Counted from the stretch's first letter, positions 46,880 to 56,963 are shown. The stretch: 64,000 bases of DNA from a virus (IMGVR_UViG_3300028048_000040:128001-192000), one strand, 5' to 3'. The notes: generated from the sequence alone by a model not told the origin. A program made the numbers and translations.

Positions 46880-46946
46880 AGAAAGTTCCCTTAGAAAAGT
46901 GCCCTTCGGGGCACTCAGGACTTTTTGTTTAAAAGAGGTTTTAAAT

Positions 46947-47750
46947 ATGAAAGCAGAACAAATGTACAATTTATTGCATGATCAAACCAAATCTCAAACT
47001 AGCTTTATAGCTTTAGTAGGATCTCATAATTATAACTTAGCAGATGAGAATTCAGATTATGACTTCAAATTATTTATCTATCCTACATTCTTAGATCTTT
47101 ATAACGGTGCTAAAAAGAATGGCCATGATATAAAGATAAAAGAAAACGACCTTAAAACCACAGATATAAGAAATTTAAAGACTTGTTTTGTAAAGTCTAG
47201 TTTTAATTTCTCTGAGACATTATTCTCTGATGATATTTATATTCCTACTAATGAGAATGAGGAATTAGACAGAGTCAATAGAGAGACTATACATTTTCTT
47301 ATTCATAATAGAGAATCATTGGCTGCATTGAATATAAGATATCTTATTAAAGCAGTACGTGGATGTTTGCATACTAGACTGAATGCTTTTAATAAGAATG
47401 GTAATTACAAAGCAGCGGCAGAAGCATTTAAAGAGAATATCATGTTAGGAAGATATCTTACTAATCTTATAAAGAAAGAAGAAGATCCTTTTCTAAATGC
47501 TATAAAATTTAGCAAATCTGATGCTATGAGAGAACCATATTTTCAAATAAGACAAAAAGCCATAACTGAAAGGAAGATACTCTCTTATATAGATCTTGCC
47601 TCTTCTGATCTTGAAAAGATTATAAAAGATAATGGATTTGAAGAAAGAGAAAAAGATCATGTTATGACTTATGCTTTAGAAACTATGCTAAATAAAGCAG
47701 TTGCTAAACGTATTCAAGTAGAGTTGAATATTAAATACAACAACAAATAA
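46947..47750 (+). CDS. Pol-beta-superfamily nucleotidyltransferase
   Basis: LVGSHNYNLADENSDYD (GS..DxD) motif; GAGGT SD favours ATG 46947. Confidence 0.8.
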   Translation: MKAEQMYNLLHDQTKSQTSFIALVGSHNYNLADENSDYDFKLFIYPTFLDLYNGAKKNGHDIKIKENDLKTTDIRNLKTCFVKSSFNFSETLFSDDIYIPTNENEELDRVNRETIHFLIHNRESLAALNIRYLIKAVRGCLHTRLNAFNKNGNYKAAAEAFKENIMLGRYLTNLIKKEEDPFLNAIKFSKSDAMREPYFQIRQKAITERKILSYIDLASSDLEKIIKDNGFEEREKDHVMTYALETMLNKAVAKRIQVELNIKYNNK

Positions 47751-47753
47751 ATA

Positions 47754-47784
47754 TAGAGTAGTCCATTGCGGACTACTCTTTTTT
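47754..47784. terminator. Terminator between convergent genes
   Basis: agagtagtcc-attgc-ggactactct followed by a T run. Confidence 0.8.
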
Positions 47785-48392
47785 TAGTTCATATTTGGTA
47801 CTTTAGAATTGTAAATAGGTTTATTATTATTGGCTACAAAGAGAGATACGAATTGATAGCACATTCTTCCTAAAATAATATCAGTTCGACCTTGACCATA
47901 ATACATGTCTAATTTAGTTCTAAGAGAAGGAGACATGTTACTAGCAACCGATTCTAGTAAAGCATTTAACATTTCTTGTTCATCTTTAGTATTAATATAT
48001 TCTTTATCTTGTAATCCTCTAAAGAATAATACATCTCTATCAAAACATTCTGATACAAAATTAGTTAAGATTGCTTTTATACCATCTTCACTATCAGTCA
48101 ATTTATCTAAATCTATAATAGCAAGTTTATCTTTTTCTCTTTGATATTCCATTTTACGATTAATAAGAATAAAGATATATAAAATAGATCCCCAAAAAGC
48201 ATAAGTCCATAGTTCTCCAAGTAATCCCATGATAACTACAAAGATAAATATAGCCTTACCTTTATTATCTATTATATCTTTAATTACATCTTTTATTCCA
48301 CTAGCTAAAAAGTTCTTAGCTGATATAAGATTCATTTTAGCACTATTCTTCCAATCAGTCATCTTGTTTGCTACTTTTACTAAAGCATTCAT
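47784..48392 (-). CDS. Membrane protein, 202 aa (two TM-like segments)
   Basis: AIFIFVVIMGLLGELWTYAFWGSILYIFILI. Confidence 0.7.
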   Translation of the reverse strand: MNALVKVANKMTDWKNSAKMNLISAKNFLASGIKDVIKDIIDNKGKAIFIFVVIMGLLGELWTYAFWGSILYIFILINRKMEYQREKDKLAIIDLDKLTDSEDGIKAILTNFVSECFDRDVLFFRGLQDKEYINTKDEQEMLNALLESVASNMSPSLRTKLDMYYGQGRTDIILGRMCYQFVSLFVANNNKPIYNSKVPNMN

Positions 48393-49087
48393 TGTACTTT
48401 ACACCCTCTCAAACCAGACCAATCTAATAATTCCTCGTTAAGTTGCAAGAGTTTAGCATTCCTATCTTCATAGATTGGAAATTTGTCTTCTCTTGCTTTC
48501 TTAAGATACATCATTAGTTTAAACATTATATCTCTATTAAGTCCTAACCTGTATTTCTCGATTAATTCCCACCATTTACCAAAACACATATTAGGATGCA
48601 CGTATAGATAGTTATGGTGATATTGCTGATGACAAGTCTTGCACAACATCACTATTGGTATATTGTTCTGTGCATGTTCACATTTAAGTATCTCTGCTAA
48701 GTCATATTCTGTAATAGCCCCTACAGTATTAAGAACATGCTCAGTGATCATAATAGCAATATCATATATATTAAGCATACAATGGTGCATTTCTAATATA
48801 GTATCATTATATTCTTCAGTATCTTGAATATATGGATGTAGTTGACAACAATTCATCCCTATAGAATATAAGTATGCTTTATAATGTGAATAAGTTCTAC
48901 TATGCCTAAATAGACGTATAGCAGAGTCTAAGAATGCTTTATATTCCTCTAAATCATAAGTACCTTCTCTAGTTAATGCAAATTGAATAGCATAATCAGC
49001 ATTGGGAGATAGTATTTCTGGATTACCAGTATCATTCTTCAATATAATATCAGGATAGTTTACATTAGTAAGATTCATCTTTCTCAT
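48389..49087 (-). CDS. HNH/Zn-finger-like protein
   Basis: CC..HP, LEMHH, MLCKTCHQQYH; late promoter 49114-49126 (minus). Confidence 0.55.
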   Translation of the reverse strand: MRKMNLTNVNYPDIILKNDTGNPEILSPNADYAIQFALTREGTYDLEEYKAFLDSAIRLFRHSRTYSHYKAYLYSIGMNCCQLHPYIQDTEEYNDTILEMHHCMLNIYDIAIMITEHVLNTVGAITEYDLAEILKCEHAQNNIPIVMLCKTCHQQYHHNYLYVHPNMCFGKWWELIEKYRLGLNRDIMFKLMMYLKKAREDKFPIYEDRNAKLLQLNEELLDWSGLRGCKVQ

Positions 49088-49113
49088 CTCCTTTATATAT
49101 GAAGTATTTTTAT

Positions 49114-49171
49114 CTAATCTAATGTCTTCAGCCTGAATCTGGATATAATGATATGGAAAACATTTGGGTAA
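49114..49171. promoter_or_regulatory. Divergent pair of late promoters
   Basis: GACA-ttagat-TAG (minus) and AACA-tttggg-TAA (plus). Confidence 0.75.
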
Positions 49172-49198
49172 GATATTAGGAAGGAAGGAGAGATATGT

Positions 49199-52100
49199 GT
49201 GAGTTTAAGGTTTACTGAGGATCTTTTAGACACAGAAAATCCTTTTATTGATCTTTTGGTTTATAACCTAAAGATACTAGCATTCAATTGTGTTATTAAG
49301 AATGAATATGATGCAAATGAAGCTGAAACAGAAGAGTCTTCAAAGAACTCTTCTATATACATTGCTTGCTTAGAAGATAAAGCTCATATTGAGCTTTTTG
49401 ATATAATTCCAGTAGGGTTCTTACAACAAGTTGGTGTGCCTCAAGCACAAATAGATTTGTATATAAATAATGGATATGATCAATTCTATATCCCTAAAGA
49501 TATTATATGGGACTTTAATAAGAATGAATATGTTCCTAGTGGTACTACATATGAAGCTGATTTAAAACCATTATTACAGAAATGGTATATAGAAAAGTAC
49601 GAGAATAACCATTATGAAGGAGAATTAAATAATTACTACAGAAAGATATTAGGTATACCTCCAGTTGGAGACTGGGGTATTCCTATGGTTGAATATGAAT
49701 ATCTTTTTCCTGATTATTTTACATATACAGGAGAGTTTGTACATGAAATAGGACCAGATGCTTGTAGAACTCTTGATAGATTGGGAATACTAGATATAAT
49801 GCGAGCAGACTATCCAGATGCTGATTATCTAGATTATGTAGTTTGTGGAATTACTCCATATGATGCTAGAAATAAGATGGATATGCAAATGTTATGGCAT
49901 CCTAGTGAAGAAGATCTATCTTATGATAATGAAGAACTAAATGTAACTACATTTAGATCTATGATAGAAGAATTTGAAAACAAGTATAATCAAAATAGAG
50001 AATTCGTTCAAACAGCTGTATATTCTCAAGCTATGGAAATAGCATCTACAGAGTATCATTCTTTTATGATTTTATATACTGTATTGATTACTATGATGGA
50101 TATTCTTACAGAGATACAATCTCATATAGTAAAAAAGGATATCTTGAATAGAAGATGTGTGGAATATATTTTATCTATGTATGGTATTCCATTTTATAGA
50201 AAGATACCAGAAAAATATCAAGAAAGAATAGCAAAGAACTGTCATAGATTGATAAAATATAAATCTAGTACTGAAGGAATGGAGAATATCAAAGATATCT
50301 TTGATAATAAATCTTTAGAGATATACAAATATTATATCCTTAAACATAGAAAGATGGATTCATATGGAAACTATGCTTTCTCTGAATCTAGTAAGCTTAT
50401 ATGTGAAGATAATGATATAATTATCCACGAAACTCTTAAAGAGACTGTAGGAGAACCTCCACCTCCACAACCAATGCCTACTAATGTAGACTATTATGAG
50501 AAATATAGATATTCTGGTAGTGTTATTGATGTATATGCAGATGGTTCTTACACTTCTAGTGGTGAAGATCAATCATTAACCAATAATGCTACTAATGATG
50601 CTATTAATAATGGAGATGCTCCTGGTCAAGCAGAAGCTAACTTTGAAGCTGTTACTAATGGTAATTATGTAGAAAGATATATAGTTTGGCCTTTTGAATA
50701 TTTCCTACAAAAAGGAAATGTTATGTTTGTCAAGATAGGAGATTATATTCTTAAAGAAGGGCAAGATTTTGTTATCTTCAATTATAATAAGATAAGAATC
50801 AATGCAGATTTAATGACTGATCCTAATGCAGTTATTACATATGAATTCTACTATGATAAGAATACGGTAAATGAAGACTTTGCTATTACTCTAGATTATG
50901 CTCTTAATATGAAAACTAAAATGGTCATGGGAACAAATGAAAGAACCTATAGTTTAGCTCCTTTACCATTCCCAAATTATCTAATAGAGAATAATGATAT
51001 AATAGTTTCAGTAGGTTCTGTATGGTTATCAAGTGATATGTATACTATAGATAAGTATGCAGAGACTATCACATTCACAGATGATGAGTTAGATGTAAAT
51101 GGTAGAGAGATATACTTTATCCTTATCTATTCTAAATTCTTAAGATCTAAGTTTGAAAAGCATTATGTAGAAGCTACAGAGAATGGTCAGACTAAGTTCT
51201 TTGTTCCTGATCCATTCCCATTCTATACACAGAATGAGAATACATTCTATCTCACTATAGGTAATACTTATATTGCTCCAGAAAGATATGAAATAGTAAG
51301 ATCTACGATAGAAGGACAATCATATGTAGAATTTACTGATGGTACTTACTTCTCTATAGGTAGAGGATTAATGTTTAATTTCCTCTATACTAAAAATGCT
51401 ATAGTGAATAAAATAGATCTTCTTAAGACTGTAATAGATCTTAAAGTAGAATCACATTATCAGTCAGAATTTGATGTAACCTGGCCTACTAAGAACTATG
51501 TATCTTCTGGATATCTTACATTTGTTAAAATCTTTGGTTGGTATTTACCTAAAGAATCTTTCTCATACACAAATAAGAAACTATTACTATTAGATGAATC
51601 TTTAGCATTACCAAAAGATACAGAACTACAATTGATTTGTGTTTATTGTGATAAAGATAGAACTGTAGATGAATATGATAATATAAGAATAGGAAAGTCT
51701 TATTATATAGCAGAAGAAGATAGACAAAAGACCTTTGCTTTCAAAACACCAGTAAGACATTTTGATACCAAATTTAATAGAGCTATAGTAGATATCAATG
51801 GCACTCTATTAGAAGATAATCAATATTCTATAAACTATGATCCTATGACTGATGATGCTACTCTCAGTATAACTTACTATTATACTAGACCTATGAAAGG
51901 TCAAAGAGTTAATTTCACCTTCTTCTATAACCAAGATGCTGAATATGTTACAGAGATGACAGAACAACATATTCCTATCACTTCTGATCAACAAGATACA
52001 TTTAGTTTAGATTATCCATTCTTCCCATATCTACAGACTGGACAAGATTTCTTAGTATCTATTGGTGCTACTTTAATACACAAATCTAGAATCCATATGC

Positions 52101-53716
52101 TAGACCAATTTACTATGAAGATAGATGATTTTAGTTCTCCTCCTGGTAGAACTTTAACTGTTCTTTATATCTATTCTAATTGGTATACATTGAATGCTAA
52201 TCAGAGATTAATAGTAGAATGGAAAGATGAACCAAAAGAAAAGGCAGTAAAGCAAGGTATAGTTATGCCTACTCCATTTGCTGGATATGTAGAACATGGA
52301 TGGGATTACTTTGTATCATATAATAATCGTCATGAATTAGATGAGACAAAATATGACGTGTTTAATGAGACTTTCTATACATATCCATCTTCAGATTTAG
52401 AAAAAGGTGTATATGGAGATACTATTACTTTCACATTTGTATATCTAATAAGAGAACCATGGGTTCATTCTGTAACAGAAGAAGACTTTTCTCAAGATGT
52501 AGATTTATTTTTCTGCAGAATGCCTGTATTAGATATATATTCATCTAAGTATCTAAAAGATGAATCTAATTGGTTAGCATATGATCCTGTAACATTAGCA
52601 GATGGTTGGTGGGATGGTTTCCAATATAGAGATGATTCTCATGAATATATAAAAGATAAAATATTCCATGAGAAATGGAACTATGCTAGAACTAAATACT
52701 ATTCTGTATATCAAGAATATAGTGCTAGTGCATATGCTGCATATATGGCTTTCTTCTATTCTATGCTATATGATCCAGTTCTATTAGAGAAAGAATTAAC
52801 TGTATCTGTTCCATCTCTTGGTTCTGATCATAAATTTAATCTAGCTCATTTATTTATCTTTATGACTTCTCTTACCAATGTTTACTACAATCTAGATGAT
52901 TTTACTATAGACTATGCTACAGATCAAAAGAAGATAGTAGGATTTAATTTCTCTACATCTTTGAATGATATAAAGGATTGGATGCTAGAACATCATCTAC
53001 AACCAGATCAATATGATATATGGGATTTCATCATTCCTACATCTCAAATTATGAGTATGCCAGAATTTAATACTATCTATACTACTAATATGAAAGTATA
53101 TGAAAAAGTTATAAAGAATATAGTAAATGCTGAATCTTTCAAAGAATATCAGATATGGACCTATATCAAAGAAACTTTATTTGAATGGGAATTTGATTTC
53201 TCTTATTTTAATAAGAATGATGGAACTCCAGCTAAAACATATGCAGAATATCTAGAAGATAAAGATTATGTACTATATCTTGCTCTAAATGACGTAAAGA
53301 AAATCAAGAATGAAGAAACTAGAATAGATGTAATCGTATCTTATATAGATGATATATGCTACATATTAGAAGCATATCTAGATAAAGATCTAGTAAATAA
53401 GATAGCAGATAGATTTCCTGGTAGATCTTCTCTTGAAGTGATGAAGTACATGAAATATATATTAGAATTCTTCAAATCTTATAAGATAATCTTTAGAACT
53501 TCTGGTCAGAATATGGTATTTGGTGGAGAAGATGGTTCTGAGTCTGAAGATAATGTAATTAGATTTAATGATATCATGTATTCAGTAGAAAGATTTCAAA
53601 GAGATGAATACTACACAATGATAGAGAAACCTGCTATTACGGAATCTAAAGAGATTTATGATTATGGACCATGGTTGGAAGAAGATGTGGATATAAAGGA
53701 GATTAAAACACCATGA
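49199..53716 (+). CDS. Large virion structural (baseplate-region) protein, 1505 aa, with about seven central beta-sandwich-like repeats
   Basis: Late promoter; repeated Q..F....PF..Y....N.F.V.IG..L.......F.Y units. Confidence 0.65.
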   Translation: MSLRFTEDLLDTENPFIDLLVYNLKILAFNCVIKNEYDANEAETEESSKNSSIYIACLEDKAHIELFDIIPVGFLQQVGVPQAQIDLYINNGYDQFYIPKDIIWDFNKNEYVPSGTTYEADLKPLLQKWYIEKYENNHYEGELNNYYRKILGIPPVGDWGIPMVEYEYLFPDYFTYTGEFVHEIGPDACRTLDRLGILDIMRADYPDADYLDYVVCGITPYDARNKMDMQMLWHPSEEDLSYDNEELNVTTFRSMIEEFENKYNQNREFVQTAVYSQAMEIASTEYHSFMILYTVLITMMDILTEIQSHIVKKDILNRRCVEYILSMYGIPFYRKIPEKYQERIAKNCHRLIKYKSSTEGMENIKDIFDNKSLEIYKYYILKHRKMDSYGNYAFSESSKLICEDNDIIIHETLKETVGEPPPPQPMPTNVDYYEKYRYSGSVIDVYADGSYTSSGEDQSLTNNATNDAINNGDAPGQAEANFEAVTNGNYVERYIVWPFEYFLQKGNVMFVKIGDYILKEGQDFVIFNYNKIRINADLMTDPNAVITYEFYYDKNTVNEDFAITLDYALNMKTKMVMGTNERTYSLAPLPFPNYLIENNDIIVSVGSVWLSSDMYTIDKYAETITFTDDELDVNGREIYFILIYSKFLRSKFEKHYVEATENGQTKFFVPDPFPFYTQNENTFYLTIGNTYIAPERYEIVRSTIEGQSYVEFTDGTYFSIGRGLMFNFLYTKNAIVNKIDLLKTVIDLKVESHYQSEFDVTWPTKNYVSSGYLTFVKIFGWYLPKESFSYTNKKLLLLDESLALPKDTELQLICVYCDKDRTVDEYDNIRIGKSYYIAEEDRQKTFAFKTPVRHFDTKFNRAIVDINGTLLEDNQYSINYDPMTDDATLSITYYYTRPMKGQRVNFTFFYNQDAEYVTEMTEQHIPITSDQQDTFSLDYPFFPYLQTGQDFLVSIGATLIHKSRIHMLDQFTMKIDDFSSPPGRTLTVLYIYSNWYTLNANQRLIVEWKDEPKEKAVKQGIVMPTPFAGYVEHGWDYFVSYNNRHELDETKYDVFNETFYTYPSSDLEKGVYGDTITFTFVYLIREPWVHSVTEEDFSQDVDLFFCRMPVLDIYSSKYLKDESNWLAYDPVTLADGWWDGFQYRDDSHEYIKDKIFHEKWNYARTKYYSVYQEYSASAYAAYMAFFYSMLYDPVLLEKELTVSVPSLGSDHKFNLAHLFIFMTSLTNVYYNLDDFTIDYATDQKKIVGFNFSTSLNDIKDWMLEHHLQPDQYDIWDFIIPTSQIMSMPEFNTIYTTNMKVYEKVIKNIVNAESFKEYQIWTYIKETLFEWEFDFSYFNKNDGTPAKTYAEYLEDKDYVLYLALNDVKKIKNEETRIDVIVSYIDDICYILEAYLDKDLVNKIADRFPGRSSLEVMKYMKYILEFFKSYKIIFRTSGQNMVFGGEDGSESEDNVIRFNDIMYSVERFQRDEYYTMIEKPAITESKEIYDYGPWLEEDVDIKEIKTP

Positions 53717-54552
53717 TTAATGATAAAATAAGTTTAGGAGAAGATATATCTCTTGATAGTGCTACAGAGTATATGAGTATACAAGATGGACGTAAAGATG
53801 GATTAGATACTCTAGTTACTATTCAGGATAAAAGAACTGGAGAAGTAGTATTCAAAGGAAAGAATCGTACTATGATTTCTGGTTCTGAGTTCATGGCTTA
53901 CCATGTATTCAGACTAAATAACTTTAATTTTACTACTCCTACATATAATACTCAGATAGGATTAGATCATACAGTATCTGGTTCTCAGAATGATCTTGGT
54001 TCTAATTATGTTACTCAAGTATTCTGTGTTGGCACTTCTGGTTGTAATAGAGAATCTGCTATTTGGTATCCTGTATCTAATAAGAAATGGATTGCTCCAT
54101 CAGAATTAGTACCATTTCAATATGTTCCTAGTAATAAAGACTTAACAGCTTTACAAAGAGAAACATATTTTGGTAGAAAAGAAATGGGTAACCAATATAT
54201 TGCTTATTATTTTAAGAAATTTGATTCTAATCCTATTTATAAGAAACAATATGAAGATGGTACTCCATGGAATGCTAGTATTTTTGAAGATAATTCTGAA
54301 GCAAATGCTCAGATGAGTGTTACTACTACAATGACTATCACTAAAGATGATTGTAGAGATTACTTTATCAATACTACTGGCATTAATGATGGTAGATTTA
54401 ATTGTCTATCTCTATGCTTAGCATGGACTGATGTATTTGATGGGTTTACATATTATCAAGATATTAGACCACTCACTAGAATCAACTTCCCAAATAAATT
54501 CTTAAATGATCTTACTAGTGAATGGTTAGTAACTTATCATATCTACTTCTAA
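53713..54552 (+). CDS. Probable baseplate/tail structural protein, 279 aa
   Basis: Coupled (ATGA) to the upstream structural gene. Confidence 0.55.
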   Translation: MINDKISLGEDISLDSATEYMSIQDGRKDGLDTLVTIQDKRTGEVVFKGKNRTMISGSEFMAYHVFRLNNFNFTTPTYNTQIGLDHTVSGSQNDLGSNYVTQVFCVGTSGCNRESAIWYPVSNKKWIAPSELVPFQYVPSNKDLTALQRETYFGRKEMGNQYIAYYFKKFDSNPIYKKQYEDGTPWNASIFEDNSEANAQMSVTTTMTITKDDCRDYFINTTGINDGRFNCLSLCLAWTDVFDGFTYYQDIRPLTRINFPNKFLNDLTSEWLVTYHIYF

Positions 54553-54574
54553 TTTCTTACTTAACCAACATAAA

Positions 54575-54705
54575 GTAATGAAATAGAAGTGGTTACTCCA
54601 CTGCTATTTTTAGCATAATATTGATAATAATACAAATTGATAATTCATTTTCTCTCCTTCTAGAATAATTCTAACCCTGGAGTCTATTGACTCCAGGGTG
54701 GTTTT
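54575..54705 (+). ncRNA. Candidate anti-RBS sRNA or cis-sequestering element
   Basis: Hairpin 54581-54610; CAUUUUCUCUCCUUCUA at 54646-54662; terminator hairpin 54674-54699. Confidence 0.45.
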
Positions 54706-54762
54706 ATGTCAAAAACAATCATATAAGATAAGTTTCTATATTATATAGAAGGAGAATGAAAT

Positions 54763-56007
54763 ATGATAAAACAACCTAAGCGTCAAGCTAAGTTTATTAC
54801 GGATCAGAAAGATTTAAATTATCTATTTTCTCTTAATGAAGATTTAGCATGTAGAACATCTACCATGATGGAATGTTTCGGTAAATTTGGAGATAAGAGA
54901 AGATTTAATCCATATGATATTATATCTGTGCCTCCTAATACATTTGGTATAGAAGGTCATAAGAATAAGAAAGGATTCATGACTACTGTAGGACTATGGG
55001 TATTTAATAAAGCCTTTACAGAGTGTGGAGTATTTCCTATAACTGGATATGTGAATGATACTATAGGAAAGAAATTGTTTAAGAAACTCAATAAGCAGAT
55101 ATCTTATGCTGTAATGGAAGAAAGATTAGATATAGAAGAGCTTAAGAAGTATACTCTAAAATCACAAAAGTTCCAGCCATATTGTAATATCTTATCTCCT
55201 TCTCTTTCTGAAGGACTATTAGGCATGTCTGCAGAAATAAAGAAAGAGAAAGAAGCTCTTATCAAACAAAATCCAGATATATTAAAAGGAGAACCAGATC
55301 CTGTAGCAATACAAAGTATAGAAAACAAGTTGATCAAATCAATAGATGAAAAACTAAAAGATGATCCATCTGCGGATATACTAGAATCTTCTGTTGGTGC
55401 TGATAAGGGAAATAACCTAAAGAATATGTTTGTTATGAAAGGTGCATCTAAACTAGCAGATCAATCTAGAGGTAAGTATTCTATCATCACTAGTAACTAT
55501 ATGGATGGTTCTTCTAAAGAAGAATATGCTGATTTCTGTGAAACACTAACTTTAGGGCCATTCTCTCGTGCTAATAAAACAATGGTTGGTGGTTACTGGG
55601 AGAAGCTATTTGTTAAAGGATTAGAACATCTTTCTATTCAGTTTGATGAAGATTGCCATACCAAAAAATATAAGACAGTAGAACTTACTGGAGATAATAT
55701 AGATATATGGATGTATTCTAATATAATAGAAGGTGGAAGACTTGTAGAGCTTAATCCATCTAATATGAATAAGTATATAGGTAAAACTCTTAAATTTAGA
55801 TTTAGTGGATTTTGTGAATGTGACCATGGTATATGTGAAGCATGTGCAGGATCTCTATTTAGAAAGCTTAAGCTTAAGAATGTAGGTGTAGTATCATATA
55901 AGCTTTGTTCCGACCTCAAAAATTTAGCAATGAAGAATTTTCATGATTCCGTTGTGAGATCTTCTCATATGCAAGACTATGGGTTTAAAAAGATATTCGG
56001 ATTATAA
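54763..56007 (+). CDS. RNA polymerase beta'-like subunit, C-terminal part (bridge helix and trigger loop); probably virion RNAP
   Basis: GGYWEKLF..EDCHT..RFSGFC..GICEACAG..NVGV..LAMKNFH parallels RpoC SGYL..DCGT..RS..C..GVC..CYG..LTMRTFH; late promoter 54714-54726. Confidence 0.88.
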   Translation: MIKQPKRQAKFITDQKDLNYLFSLNEDLACRTSTMMECFGKFGDKRRFNPYDIISVPPNTFGIEGHKNKKGFMTTVGLWVFNKAFTECGVFPITGYVNDTIGKKLFKKLNKQISYAVMEERLDIEELKKYTLKSQKFQPYCNILSPSLSEGLLGMSAEIKKEKEALIKQNPDILKGEPDPVAIQSIENKLIKSIDEKLKDDPSADILESSVGADKGNNLKNMFVMKGASKLADQSRGKYSIITSNYMDGSSKEEYADFCETLTLGPFSRANKTMVGGYWEKLFVKGLEHLSIQFDEDCHTKKYKTVELTGDNIDIWMYSNIIEGGRLVELNPSNMNKYIGKTLKFRFSGFCECDHGICEACAGSLFRKLKLKNVGVVSYKLCSDLKNLAMKNFHDSVVRSSHMQDYGFKKIFGL

Positions 56008-56085
56008 TGATATTCCCTAGGGTTTTAAAACCCTAGGGAATTAATTTTTATTATGAATAATACTATTATATAATCAAATTATTTA

Positions 56086-56724
56086 ATGAATCATTATTTG
56101 GAGGGGATATTTATGTTTACTAGTTCTAATTATTCATTTGAAATGGCTGATAAAGTATGTATGTTGTTAGCAGTTAATAAAACACCTCAAGAAATTCAAT
56201 ATATATTATCAGGACAATTGCCTTATGATCCAAATTTTAATGCATTCTGTACTCGACTTCGTAATAGACTTGCTTTTAAACAGCTAGGTGATAAATATAG
56301 ATTAAAACCTTTGTATACTAATTTTGAAGAGGGATTTATAATTTCAGTATGTAAACTTCTTGTGCAAAATAAATCAACTCAAGAAATAGCCACTATATTA
56401 GGAGTTCCAATGGATACAAGAATAAGCAATCTTTGTAGTAATCTTAAGAGACGTAATATTATATATAAAAAGTATACTGATATGTTTCCAAATATACCAT
56501 ATGCAGAAACTAGAAATTGTACAGAGATAACAATGGAACAAATGGAAGAAATATTTAAATTAAAGAAAGAGGGTCATAATGTAACTGAAATTGCAGATAT
56601 TCTTGGACCCACTAATCCAAACATTAATAGAACTAAAATATATGGATTGATTTCTAGACTGAAAAAGAATCCAAATGCTAAAGGAAGAGATCTTGCTATC
56701 AAGTATGGTATAATTGAAGGATAA
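56086..56724 (+). CDS. Protein with three HTH-like repeats
   Basis: VCMLLAVNKTPQEIQYIL / VCKLLVQNKSTQEIATIL / IFKLKKEGHNVTEIADIL; start may be ATG 56113 after GAGGGG. Confidence 0.65.
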   Translation: MNHYLEGIFMFTSSNYSFEMADKVCMLLAVNKTPQEIQYILSGQLPYDPNFNAFCTRLRNRLAFKQLGDKYRLKPLYTNFEEGFIISVCKLLVQNKSTQEIATILGVPMDTRISNLCSNLKRRNIIYKKYTDMFPNIPYAETRNCTEITMEQMEEIFKLKKEGHNVTEIADILGPTNPNINRTKIYGLISRLKKNPNAKGRDLAIKYGIIEG

Positions 56725-56734
56725 TATATAAGAA

Positions 56735-56925
56735 ATGATAAGTCGACACTTGCGTCGACTTATCATGATTATTATTTCAAAGATTAATTTGCCATCTGTG
56801 GCAAATTATATTAAGTATTTCAAACATATATTATATAAATGAGGAATATAATAAGTGGACACCAATGTCCACTTATTTATCTGAAAGTGCAGTAAACACA
56901 AAATTGGACACGAGTGTCCAATTTT
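56735..56925. repeat. Four related 22-bp palindromes (operator/parS-like array)
   Basis: aagtcgac-acttgc-gtcgactt, aatttgcc-atctgt-ggcaaatt, aagtggac-accaat-gtccactt, aattggac-acgagt-gtccaatt. Confidence 0.8.
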
Positions 56926-56963
56926 TCAGGCATATACTATATACATGAAGGGAGTGATTAGAA

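Noticed and set aside
48389-49087. Mobile homing endonuclease or intron
   Set aside because: HNH-like residues are present, but it is a free-standing late gene coupled to a membrane-protein gene and interrupts nothing
56735-56925. Possible mini-CRISPR array
   Set aside because: Repeats differ in sequence, spacing is irregular (46, 67, 49 nt) and no cas genes are present
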